NCBI GenBank assembly: GCA_963663235.2 | Contig: CAXXNO010000004.1 | Location: 768,001-832,000, forward strand | DNA: 64,000 bases | From: Dehalococcoidia bacterium | GTDB taxonomy: Bacteria > Chloroflexota > Dehalococcoidia > Bin125 | Reading direction: 5' to 3' | Shown here: positions 7,421-16,704 of the stretch, piece after piece | Position numbering within the stretch: the first letter of the stretch is position 1 | How the letters are laid out: every line of letters starts with the position of its first letter | Notes under the pieces: generated by a model | Told to the model about the DNA's origin: nothing | The model's database searches: none | What the model saw: the letters and a program-made list of their open reading frames with translations, nothing else | Position numbers and translations under genes: made by a program

Positions 7421-9910
7421 ATGGCGAAATGGAGCATTCCGACAGTGAGGCGGGCGTTTGCGGCGGTCGTGCTTGTCGCGATCGTCGCCGCGACTTCCCT
7501 GGTCGGTGACGCCGCCGCCCAAGCGCCGGGCCCGCCCAGCAAGGGGTCGGCAGCGCCGGCAGGGCTCATCGGCCCGCTGGCGGACCTGTCCCTGCAAAGC
7601 ACACGCCTTGAGGCGGCCGCGCAAAGCGTTGCGCCGGGGGCGCAGACATCGCGAGCGGAGCGGATCGCCGCCTGGACTGCGCTGGGGCAGTTGCGGATCG
7701 ACGACGGGGGAGCGGCGCAGGTGCGCGCCCTGATCGAAGGGGAAGGCCCGGACGCGGAGGCGCTGGCGGCCATGGGCGTGGTGGTGGAGCACTCTTTCCC
7801 CGCGTATGGCCTGGCGCAGTACTGGGTGCCGCAGGAGTCGTTGGCCGCGGTGGCGCGGCTGGACGGCGTCGTGTCGCTCAGCCCTCCGCGCTACGCGTTT
7901 GGTCAGAGCGGCTCCCTGCTCAGCGAAGGGGACGGCGTGCATCGGGCGGATGAAGCGCGCGAGCGCTTTGGGCTGACGGGCGAGGGAGTGCGCGTGGGGG
8001 TGATCTCGGACGGGATCTTGGGGCTGGAGGAGTCGATTGCGTCGGGCGACGCGCCCGAGTTGTTCGCCTCGGAGAGCTTCATTTCCCTCACGGACCCCGA
8101 CCTGCTCGCCGGCGCCGAGGGCACCGCGATGATCGAGATCGTGCACGACATGGCGCCGGGCGCCGCGCTCTCTTTCGCCAACACGGACACCGACCTGGGC
8201 ATGATCGATGCAGTGAACTTCCTGGCCGAGCGGAACGACATTGTGGTCGACGACCTGGGCTTTTTCTTTCCGGCGAACGGACTGAGCGCCGTATCGCGCA
8301 ATACGGCGACCGCGCTCAACAACCCCGAGTGGCCGATCCGCGCGTACTTCACGGCCGTGGGCAACAGCGCACAGCAGCACTACCGAGAGCCGTTCGATCC
8401 GGTATCGCCGTTCGGCCTGCGGCTGGAGACGCCGGGCCAGGTCCAGAGCTTCCACGCGACCGATCAGACGAGCGACGTCCTGGGTCGGGGCACCCAGCAA
8501 TATAACGAAATCTTCCTGGACACCAACACGGGGGTGCTCCTGTTGCTCTTCTGGGACGCGCTCCCCGGCGAGTACGAGAGCGACTACGACCTCTACTTGC
8601 TCGACACCTCAAACCGGATCGTCGAGGCCAGCGCGGCGGGACAAACGGCCGTCCGTGGGGAGCCGTTCGAAGCGATCGCCTTTACGAACACGGGGCCATC
8701 GGACTTCTTCCGCGTGGTGGTGCAGAACTTCGCGGACCTGTCACCCCCGCACACGATTGAACTGTTCGCCTTCTTCGCGCCGCCGCTCCCCGTGCCGCAA
8801 CTAGAGGCGCAGCCGCCTGTGTTCAACTACAACACGCCGGCGGGCAGCATTATCGGGCAGGGCGACGCGGGCGGGGGCGTGATCTCCGTGGGCGCCGTAG
8901 ATCAAGAGACGCCCAATGCGATCGAGTTCTTCAGCAGCCACGGCCCCACCGCCGACGGCCGCATGAAGCCCGAGATCGTGGCAGTGGACGGTGTGACGGT
9001 CACGGGCCACGGCGGCTTCGGAAGGCCGATCGACGAGAGCGACGCCGCCGCGGGCAGCCGCTTTTTCGGCTCCAGCGCCGCGGCCCCGCACGCGGCCGCC
9101 ATGGCCGCCCTGCTGGCAGAGGCGCGCCCGGAGCTGCTGGGTCCCGACGGCGACGCAGCCAACGAGCGGGCGCTCTTACGCGCGCTGATCCTGAACAGCG
9201 CGTTCGACCTCGGCGAGCCGGGCCCGGAGAACGTCTTTGGCTATGGCCGAGCAGACACGCTCGCGGCGCTCGAGCTCTTGCCGGTGGCGGGCTTCGCGAT
9301 CCCGGAGACGCAGCGGGTCCCGATTGGCGGATCGTCAACGGTGACGGTCACCGTGCTGGACATCAACGGCAACCCGTACTCGGGCGCCGTGGTGGAGCTC
9401 AGCGGTCCCGAGGACCAGCCGCTCCTTGCGGCAGCGGTCGGCTCGGAGTTGACAGCGGCGGCCGTCACAACCACCACCACTGCCGCCGACGGCCAAGTGG
9501 GGGTGCGCTTCGACGGCCGGAGCCTTGGCGTTGAGGAGATCACGTTCCGGGTGCTGCTGGGCTTCGCCGGGGAGCTGGTAGAGACCGGCATCGGGGGAAC
9601 GATCCAGGTGGACATCGTCCAAGCGCAGGGCTGGATCGACCGAGTGCCGCTCCAGCCGGGCTGGAACAACGTCGGTTGGGGCGGCCGGCCAACGCCGGCC
9701 GAGGAGGCGCTGGCGCCGATCGCGCCGGCCATCGGGAGGGTCTGGGCCTGGGTTCCGGCGACGCAGACGTGGCTGAGCTGGTCACCCCGGGCCCCCGCCG
9801 TGGTGAACACGCTCAGCGTGATCCAGAGCGGGCAGTCGCTGTGGATCTTGGTGACGGCACGGCAGACGATTTTCTGGGAGCCACCGTCGCCATCGATCGC
9901 CGACGATTAG
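7421..9910 (+). CDS. Secreted S8/S53-like (Asp-Glu-Ser type) subtilase with Ig-like and C-terminal module
   Basis: Signal peptide ending AAAQA. GVRVGVISDG, AEGTAMIEIVHD, FSSHGP...KPEIVAVDG, FFGSSAAAPHAA. Start 7412 or 7421. Confidence 0.85.
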   Translation: MAKWSIPTVRRAFAAVVLVAIVAATSLVGDAAAQAPGPPSKGSAAPAGLIGPLADLSLQSTRLEAAAQSVAPGAQTSRAERIAAWTALGQLRIDDGGAAQVRALIEGEGPDAEALAAMGVVVEHSFPAYGLAQYWVPQESLAAVARLDGVVSLSPPRYAFGQSGSLLSEGDGVHRADEARERFGLTGEGVRVGVISDGILGLEESIASGDAPELFASESFISLTDPDLLAGAEGTAMIEIVHDMAPGAALSFANTDTDLGMIDAVNFLAERNDIVVDDLGFFFPANGLSAVSRNTATALNNPEWPIRAYFTAVGNSAQQHYREPFDPVSPFGLRLETPGQVQSFHATDQTSDVLGRGTQQYNEIFLDTNTGVLLLLFWDALPGEYESDYDLYLLDTSNRIVEASAAGQTAVRGEPFEAIAFTNTGPSDFFRVVVQNFADLSPPHTIELFAFFAPPLPVPQLEAQPPVFNYNTPAGSIIGQGDAGGGVISVGAVDQETPNAIEFFSSHGPTADGRMKPEIVAVDGVTVTGHGGFGRPIDESDAAAGSRFFGSSAAAPHAAAMAALLAEARPELLGPDGDAANERALLRALILNSAFDLGEPGPENVFGYGRADTLAALELLPVAGFAIPETQRVPIGGSSTVTVTVLDINGNPYSGAVVELSGPEDQPLLAAAVGSELTAAAVTTTTTAADGQVGVRFDGRSLGVEEITFRVLLGFAGELVETGIGGTIQVDIVQAQGWIDRVPLQPGWNNVGWGGRPTPAEEALAPIAPAIGRVWAWVPATQTWLSWSPRAPAVVNTLSVIQSGQSLWILVTARQTIFWEPPSPSIADD

Positions 9911-9935
9911 CGAGGACATCGGTAGAGGGCGCGCG

Positions 9936-10895
9936 ATGCAGAAGCCCGGCTTCCTCTTCTCCGCCGCCCCCGGGCATCGAAAGGCGATGATCGCCGTCGC
10001 GCAGGAGCTAGACCGGCGCGGCTTCTCGACGATCTATTGCACCCACGGGGCAGGTGGCAGCATCCCGCCGGGCCAAGCGCATATCGCACGGCCGTACGAG
10101 ATCCCCGCGCCCTACGACGCGCTGGGCCAGTGCCTGGCACTGGCCCAGGCGACGGAGCGGATCACGATCGCGAGCGGCATCGCCGTGACGTATACCCGAC
10201 ACCCCACCGAGATGGTGGCGACGGCGAACCTGATCCACGAGATCAGCGGGGGGCGGTTCATCCTGGGGCTGGGGCCCGGGCACAACGCGATCCTGGAGCG
10301 ATTCGGCTACCGGCCGGAGAAGCCCCTGGGCCACATGCGACGGTACGTGGAGGCGCTGCGCGCCGCCGCGCCGGACCGGCCGCTGCCGCCGATCATGTTC
10401 TCCGCCCTGCGCAAGAGGATGGTGCGGCTGGCGGGCGAGTTGGTGGATGGGGTGATCTGGGCGAACGCGGCGCGCTCGCACATGGCGGAATCGCTCAAGG
10501 AGGTTCCAGCGGAGAAGCGGGAGGGGTTCCTGGTCGGGAACCTGGCGCCGGCCTACGTCTCCGAGGACCGGGGCGAGGCGCTGGCCGCGGTGCGGCGGGC
10601 GCTGAGCAACTACCTGACGCTGCCCAACTACCAGCGCTACTTCATCGAGGCGGGGTACGAGGAAGAGGTGGTGCGGGGGCGGGCGGCGCTGGAAGCGGAT
10701 TCGCAGCCAGCGCTGGAGGCGTCGATCTCCGAGCGGATGGCGGAGGACATCGCCGTGTTCGGGACGGCGTCGGAGGTGCGGGGGCAGGTGGAGGCCTGGG
10801 AGGCGGCGGGCGTGAACCAGATGTGCCTCTCGACGCTGTTCCACAGCAAGGACCAAGCGAAGGCGGTGATGCGGGTCGCGGCCGCGTTCGATTAG
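9936..10895 (+). CDS. LLM-class flavin/F420-dependent oxidoreductase (paralogue 1)
   Basis: ALAQATERITIASGI...RHP...ISGGRFILGLGPG...MVRLAGELVDG. Confidence 0.88.
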   Translation: MQKPGFLFSAAPGHRKAMIAVAQELDRRGFSTIYCTHGAGGSIPPGQAHIARPYEIPAPYDALGQCLALAQATERITIASGIAVTYTRHPTEMVATANLIHEISGGRFILGLGPGHNAILERFGYRPEKPLGHMRRYVEALRAAAPDRPLPPIMFSALRKRMVRLAGELVDGVIWANAARSHMAESLKEVPAEKREGFLVGNLAPAYVSEDRGEALAAVRRALSNYLTLPNYQRYFIEAGYEEEVVRGRAALEADSQPALEASISERMAEDIAVFGTASEVRGQVEAWEAAGVNQMCLSTLFHSKDQAKAVMRVAAAFD

Positions 10896-10928
10896 GGGCG
10901 ACTCGGGCCGATTAGGGGCGACTCGGGC
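10889..10928. repeat. Perfect 20-bp tandem duplication across the stop codon
   Basis: CGATTAGGGGCGACTCGGGC x2. Confidence 0.85.
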
Positions 10929-11028
10929 GCGCCGATCCGGGCCTCGGGTTTGGCGACGGGTCGGACGTGGAGTGTTGCACGGGGATGAAGCCGCGGGTAG
11001 CCTCACTCGCACCAGTGGAGGGTGTGCC

Positions 11029-12003
11029 ATGACGAAACCGGGATTCCTGTTCTACGCCGTCCCCGGCCAGCGCAAAGCGATGATCGAAGCGGCGCAGGAG
11101 CTGGACCGGCGCGGCTTCCCTTACATCTACTGCAATCACGGGTCGGCACGGGTCATCCAAGAGCCCAGCGCCGAGGAGAAGGCGAAGGGTGTTGCACAGA
11201 CGTACCTGGGCACGGCTTGGACCGACGGGCTGAGCCACAGTCTGGCGATCGGGATGGCGACGAAGCAGATCACGATCGGGACAGGGATCGAGGTCACGTA
11301 CACGCGCCATCCGCACGAGATGATCGGCATCGGCAACTACATCAACGAGGTCTGCGACGGGCGCTTCATCCTGGGCATCGGGCCGGGGCACAACGAGATC
11401 CTGCGGCAGTTCGACTTTCCGATCGAAAAGCCGCTGGGGCACATGCGGCGGTACACGGAAGAGATGCGGACGGCGGCCGCGGGGCAACCGACGCCGCCGA
11501 TCATCTTCTCCGTGCTGCGGCAGAAGATGGTGGGGCTGGCGGGCGAGATTGCCGACGGCGTGATCTGGGCGAACGCCGTGCTCTCGCACCTGCCGACGTC
11601 GCTGAAACAGGTGCCGGCCGAGAAGCGGGATCGATTCATCGTGGCGAACCTGGCGCCGGCCTACGTGTCGGAGGATCGGGGGGAGGCGCTGGCGGCGGTG
11701 CGTATTGCGCTGACGAACTACCTGTCGCTGACCAACTACCAGCGCTACTTTATCGAAGCGGGCTACGAGGAAGAGGTCGAGCGGGCGCGGGCGGCGATGG
11801 CGGCGGACGACCAAGCGGCGCTGGCGGCGGCGGTGTCGGAGCGGATGGCGGAGGACATCGCCGTGTTCGGGACGCCGGCGCAGGTGCGCGAGAAGATCGA
11901 GGCGTTCCAGGCCGCGGGCGTGAACCAGATGTGCCTCTCGACGCTCTTTCACAGCGAAAACCAAGCCAAGGCGATCCTGCGAGTGGCGGACGCGTTCGAC
12001 TAG
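11029..12003 (+). CDS. LLM-class oxidoreductase (paralogue 2)
   Basis: Highly similar to paralogue 1; start MTKPGF after GGAGGG. Confidence 0.88.
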   Translation: MTKPGFLFYAVPGQRKAMIEAAQELDRRGFPYIYCNHGSARVIQEPSAEEKAKGVAQTYLGTAWTDGLSHSLAIGMATKQITIGTGIEVTYTRHPHEMIGIGNYINEVCDGRFILGIGPGHNEILRQFDFPIEKPLGHMRRYTEEMRTAAAGQPTPPIIFSVLRQKMVGLAGEIADGVIWANAVLSHLPTSLKQVPAEKRDRFIVANLAPAYVSEDRGEALAAVRIALTNYLSLTNYQRYFIEAGYEEEVERARAAMAADDQAALAAAVSERMAEDIAVFGTPAQVREKIEAFQAAGVNQMCLSTLFHSENQAKAILRVADAFD

Positions 12004-12016
12004 ATGTTCGCTTAGG

Positions 12017-12943
12017 ATGGGCAAGCCGGGATTCATCCTCAGCCCAGCGCCGGGCCAGCGCAAGGCGATGATCGACGTGGCGCAGGAGCTGGACCGGCGG
12101 GGCTTTCCGCACGTGCTCTGCCCGCACGAGTACGCCGGCGCGGCGACCGCGGTGGCGCCGTACGACAGCCTCAGCATGTGCACGGCCGTGATCCAGGCGA
12201 CCAAGCGGATGAAGGTGGCAAGCGGCGTGGCCGTGACATACTCGCGGCCCCCGCACGACATGGCGGCGGCGGCGGCCTTCAATCACGAGATCAGCGACGG
12301 CCGGTTCTCCCTGGGCCTGGGCGTCGGCTACGACGGCATCCTGCGGCGGTTCGGCATCGAGAGCGAGCCGCCGCTGCCGCACATGCGGCGGTATGTGGCC
12401 GCGATGCAGGCGTCCGCCCCCGACGAAGTCCTGCCGCCGGTCATCCTGGCCGCGCTCCGTCCCGGGATGATGCGCCTGGCGGGGGAGATCGCCGACGGGA
12501 TGGTGGGCGGCTGCTGGGCCCTTTCGTACGTGCGGGAGGCCCTTGCCGCGATCCCGGAGGCGAAGCGGGAGCGGTTCATCGTGGCGAACATTGTGCAGGT
12601 CTATCCGTGCGAGGATCGCAGCGAAGGGCTGGCGTTCATGCGGCGGCTGCTGGGCGCGTTCATGAAGATGCCCAGCTATCCCCAGTACTTCATCGCGGCG
12701 GGGTTCGCGGACGAGGTGGAGCGAGCAGGCGCCGCCCTGGAGATAGATGACCGCGAGGCGCTGTGGGCGTCGATCAGCGATCGGATGGCGGAGGAGATGG
12801 GGATCTTCGGGAACGCGTCGACGATGCGGGGGAAGGTGGAGGAGTGGCAAGCGGCGGGCGTGAACTGGCTCACGCTTTCGACGATCTTCGCGGACAAGGA
12901 CCGCGCCGGGACGATCCTGCGCGTCGCCGACGTCTTCGACTAG
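12017..12943 (+). CDS. LLM-class oxidoreductase (paralogue 3)
   Basis: MGKPGF...QELDRRGF...ISDGRFSLGLGVG...MRLAGEIADG. Confidence 0.88.
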   Translation: MGKPGFILSPAPGQRKAMIDVAQELDRRGFPHVLCPHEYAGAATAVAPYDSLSMCTAVIQATKRMKVASGVAVTYSRPPHDMAAAAAFNHEISDGRFSLGLGVGYDGILRRFGIESEPPLPHMRRYVAAMQASAPDEVLPPVILAALRPGMMRLAGEIADGMVGGCWALSYVREALAAIPEAKRERFIVANIVQVYPCEDRSEGLAFMRRLLGAFMKMPSYPQYFIAAGFADEVERAGAALEIDDREALWASISDRMAEEMGIFGNASTMRGKVEEWQAAGVNWLTLSTIFADKDRAGTILRVADVFD

Positions 12944-12957
12944 CGCCGCCGCCACGG

Positions 12958-13995
12958 TCAGGCGAGCAGAACGATGCCCGCGACGGCCACCCCCGTGCCC
13001 AGCACGACCCCAAGGGTCGGCCGCTCCCGCAAGAAGAGAAAGCCCATGGGGAGAGCGAACAGCGGCGATGTCGAGAAGAGGACGGCCGTCTGGCCCGGCC
13101 CGATCTGCTGCAAGGCCCATATAAAGAGGAGCAGGGTCAGGCCCGTGCCCAGGATGCCGGACGCCGCCAGCGCCCCGTGGCCGCGCAGCGAGATGGTGTT
13201 GCGGCGGAGGCTGGAATCTCGACGCCGGTAGGCAAACGCCATCAGGATCAGCACCACCAGCGGCAGGCGGACGACGCCGACGGCGGCCGCATCGAAGTCT
13301 TCCGAGACGCTGCGCAACCAGACGGATGAAATGGCCCAGAAGACGGCGGGCACGAGCATAACCAAGAGCACGGTCAGGAGGCGGGGGCGGAGCCAAGCGG
13401 GACGGAGGAACGCCTCCGGGGGCTCCGGCGGCGGCGCCTCGGCGCCGCTACCCCCCGCGATCGTCGCGGTGCGCCGACGGCGGAGCCAGCGGGCGGGCCA
13501 GCGCCCCGTCGACGGAAGGGAGCCGGAGGCGGAGGGAGCGGCCGGGGGCGTGCCGGACGCAGGGCGGGCGCGCCCGTAGATGGTGACGAGAAAGACGCCC
13601 GCGAGCACCAGGACGGAGCCGAGGGCGACCTCCCAGCTCAGCGTCTCATCCAGCACGAGCACGGCGCCGATGTAGGTGAAGAGGACGTAGACGGCCGTCA
13701 CGCTGGTGAAGGCGCGGGTCATGCCGATCATGGCGACGGTGGCCACATAGCCAGTCTCGCCGATGGCAGAGCCGAGGATGCCCGTCGCCGCGATGGCCAA
13801 CGCATCGCCGACGGACATATGGGCGATGTCCCCGGCGGCGCCGAGCGCGAAGGCCATGACGAGCAGAAAGAGGAGCGCCCAGACGGCGCGCAGCGCAGTA
13901 ATGGAAACGAAGTCGACGCGGGCGGTTTGCGAGGCGAGGAGCGTACTGGAGAGGGCCCAAGCAAAAGCGGAACTGAGCGCGGCAGCGACCCCCAC
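12958..13995 (-). CDS. DMT/EamA family transporter
   Basis: Two EamA halves (VLVLDETLSW...GSVLVLAGV; LFLRERPT...GTGVAVAGIVLL) with a long Pro/Arg linker. Confidence 0.85.
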   Translation of the reverse strand: MGVAAALSSAFAWALSSTLLASQTARVDFVSITALRAVWALLFLLVMAFALGAAGDIAHMSVGDALAIAATGILGSAIGETGYVATVAMIGMTRAFTSVTAVYVLFTYIGAVLVLDETLSWEVALGSVLVLAGVFLVTIYGRARPASGTPPAAPSASGSLPSTGRWPARWLRRRRTATIAGGSGAEAPPPEPPEAFLRPAWLRPRLLTVLLVMLVPAVFWAISSVWLRSVSEDFDAAAVGVVRLPLVVLILMAFAYRRRDSSLRRNTISLRGHGALAASGILGTGLTLLLFIWALQQIGPGQTAVLFSTSPLFALPMGFLFLRERPTLGVVLGTGVAVAGIVLLA

Positions 13996-14327
13996 GAAGC
14001 AACCCCCCCGGCACGGCCAGCATAGGGAGCCGGGACCAGAGCGCCCATTGCGGGCGGGAGGCCGCGGCGATGGTGTGGTTACGCGGGGTTATGGTTGGCG
14101 GCGGGGCGCGAAAGCGGCTGAAAGAATCTCCGCGGTGGAAAAGATGGCCAGCGTCGCACCGCGAGGTGGTCGCGCCAGCGTCCTGAGTGGTCCCGTCCGC
14201 AGGCGGCGAGGGCGATGGCGCCCCGTGGCCAGCGGCGTATATCTCAGTGGGGAAAGCGACTAGGGTATGGGCCTATACAGAATTGTCCCGACCAGAGCGA
14301 GCCGAAGCGAGCGATAGGAGAAGACGT

Positions 14328-16115
14328 ATGAGCGACCTGAAAAATAAAGTGATGCGACGACGGGTCAGCCGGCGCAGCATTCTGGCGGCGTCGGGCGCGG
14401 CCGGGCTGGGGGCAGCGGGGCTGGCCTTGGTGGGCTGCGGCGACGACGACGACGAAGCGATATCGCAAGCCATTGCGCAGGTGATTGAAGAAGAGGCGGA
14501 GCCCGTCGAGCAGGTGGTGGCAGAGGAAGGCTTCGCGCCGGCGACTGCGGACCGGGTGCCGCCGCGGTCCAGCAAGGACACGGCGCTCCTGGCCATCGCG
14601 GCCACGCCGCTGGCGGTCGACCCCGACTTCGCCCACGGCAGCCCGCAGACGTGGGAAGCCTTTATTAACTTGCAAGACCAGTCGATCAAGTTCGGCTGGG
14701 CGGAGTACCCCTACGACGTGGGGGCGACGGAGCATGTCGGCTACCTGTCGTTCAAAGACGAGGACATCCTGCCGTGGATGCACGAGTCGGTGCCGGAGTT
14801 GAGCGAGGACGGCACGCAAGCGACCCACCGGATCAAGCCGGGCGTGCTGAGCTCCACGGGGAACGAGCTGACGTCGGCGGACTTCGCTTACCGGATCGAC
14901 CGGGCGTTCGGGCTGGGGGCGATCGGCGCGTTCTTCATGAGCATCATATCGGCGGACCCGACCAACCCGGTCGAGATCATCGACAAGTACACCTTCAAGG
15001 TGAACGCCACAGCGCCGAACGGGCTGCTGGCGACGATCTGGGCGAACAGCTTTTGGAACGCCCTGGACTCGGTCGAGGCGCTGGCGAACGCTACGGCGGA
15101 CGACGAGTGGTCCACGGAGTGGTTCGCGCAGAGCGGCGTCGGCTTCGGGAGCATCGCCGTCGAGAGCTTCGGCACGGGCGAGCAGGTGGTGTTCGCGTCA
15201 AACCCGAACTACTTCCGGGGCGAGCAGCCGATTAAGCGGTTGATCTACGACGAGATCCCGTCGGCGTCCAACCGGCTGGCCGCGGTGGCGGCCGGTGAGG
15301 CGGACGCCGCGTACGGGCTCCCGGGCGAGCTGTTCGCCCAGGCGCAGGAAGAGGGGATCCAGAACCCGATCGCGATCAAGGGGAACCTCATCTGGTTCGC
15401 CTTCATGAACTCGCTGCGCGACCCGTACCGCGACCCGCGGACGCGCCAGGCGATGAACTGGGCGACGCCGCGGCAAGATATCCTGGACACGACGTTCGGC
15501 GGGCTGGGTAACCCCTGGACCTCGGTGATGACGTCGATCTGGGAGGGGATCTGCTTGGACTGCGCGCCGTGGGGCGCCGACCCGAACTTCGCCGAGGCCA
15601 ACAAGTTGCTGGACGCGGCGGGGCAGGCGGACGGCTTCGAGGTCACCATTGACACGAACAGCTCGCGGGCGCAGGACGAGCGGATGGCCGTCCTCATGCA
15701 GGACGCGTACAAGAACATCAACGTGAACATGTCCATCAACCCGCAGCCGGAAGGGCCGTTCATCGCCGAGGGCACGGGCAAGCAGAAGACCATGGCGTTC
15801 TGGCAGGACGCCTATATCCAGCCTGACCCGATCTACTTCCTGGCGCTGGGCTACGACGCGGGCTTGAGCGGCATCAACAACTACGGGCAGCTGGACGACC
15901 CGGAGTTGAACGGCCTGCTGGACCGCGGGCGGACGTTGCTGACGGGCGCGGAGCGCGCGGAGATCGCGATCCCGATCCAGGAGCGCGTCGTCGAGCTCTC
16001 GCCGTACATCTGGCTGGTGGAGCCCTTCTACGTCAACGTCATCAACGAGAACTTGCGCGGATGGCGCTGGCACACGACCCAGGAGACGAACTGGTCCGAC
16101 ATGTACTTCGTGTAG
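14328..16115 (+). CDS. ABC family-5 (Opp/Dpp-type) solute-binding lipoprotein with Tat signal (copy 1)
   Basis: RRVSRRSILAA...LALVGC (twin-Arg plus lipobox); IKPGVLSSTGNELTSADF, PYRDPRTRQAMNWA. AGGAG RBS. Confidence 0.9.
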   Translation: MSDLKNKVMRRRVSRRSILAASGAAGLGAAGLALVGCGDDDDEAISQAIAQVIEEEAEPVEQVVAEEGFAPATADRVPPRSSKDTALLAIAATPLAVDPDFAHGSPQTWEAFINLQDQSIKFGWAEYPYDVGATEHVGYLSFKDEDILPWMHESVPELSEDGTQATHRIKPGVLSSTGNELTSADFAYRIDRAFGLGAIGAFFMSIISADPTNPVEIIDKYTFKVNATAPNGLLATIWANSFWNALDSVEALANATADDEWSTEWFAQSGVGFGSIAVESFGTGEQVVFASNPNYFRGEQPIKRLIYDEIPSASNRLAAVAAGEADAAYGLPGELFAQAQEEGIQNPIAIKGNLIWFAFMNSLRDPYRDPRTRQAMNWATPRQDILDTTFGGLGNPWTSVMTSIWEGICLDCAPWGADPNFAEANKLLDAAGQADGFEVTIDTNSSRAQDERMAVLMQDAYKNINVNMSINPQPEGPFIAEGTGKQKTMAFWQDAYIQPDPIYFLALGYDAGLSGINNYGQLDDPELNGLLDRGRTLLTGAERAEIAIPIQERVVELSPYIWLVEPFYVNVINENLRGWRWHTTQETNWSDMYFV

Positions 16116-16145
16116 GTCTCCATCGCAGGGTTGGAAGCGAACGAA

Positions 16146-16175
16146 CGAGGGGGCCGCCTGCAGGCGGCCCCCTCG
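16146..16175. terminator. Perfect GC hairpin after SBP copy 1 (terminator or mRNA-stabilising; no U-tract)
   Basis: CGAGGGGGCCGCC-TGCA-GGCGGCCCCCTCG. Confidence 0.6.
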
Positions 16176-16472
16176 GCGATCTCTGGTGCTTCGGGTCTCA
16201 GCAGCGGGAGCCGGCCCGAGTGAGGGCTCAGTGCCCGAGCCGGCATCGGGTCCCCAGCGCAGGCTGAGGGATCATGGCCAAGAGCGGCAAGGCCGGAAGC
16301 GCGGGCAGCCGTCGGGCGCCAGCGAGAGCGAGCAGCGTTCCTCGCCGGCGTGGATTCGCCGCCCAGAGGGTCGGAGCGCCTATCAGGGGCGGGAGGCCGC
16401 GGCGATGGTGCTGTTGCATGAAGTTATGTTTAGCAGCGGTGGCGCTGCTCCGGGCCGAACAGTATCACCCAC

Positions 16473-16502
16473 TTGACAGGGCGCGGCGACGGCTGAAAGA
16501 AT
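16473..16502 (+). promoter_or_regulatory. Putative sigma70 promoter of SBP copy 2
   Basis: TTGACA-N18-AAGAAT with extended TGn. The same TGAAAGAAT lies before copy 1 (14119-14127). Confidence 0.5.
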
Positions 16503-16704
16503 CCGCAGCGCGGGAAAAAGAGGGGCCGGCATGGCACCGGGAGGTGCGTGCGGGTGTCCTGAGTAGTCCCGCCCCGAGCCGTCGAGGGCGATAGAGCTCC
16601 GCAGCTGTGGGCGTTCACCTCTCCGGGGGAGTCCACCAGGGGTGCAAGCCTATGCAGAATTGTCCCGACCAGAGCGAGCCGAAGCGAGCGATAGGAGAAG
16701 ACGT

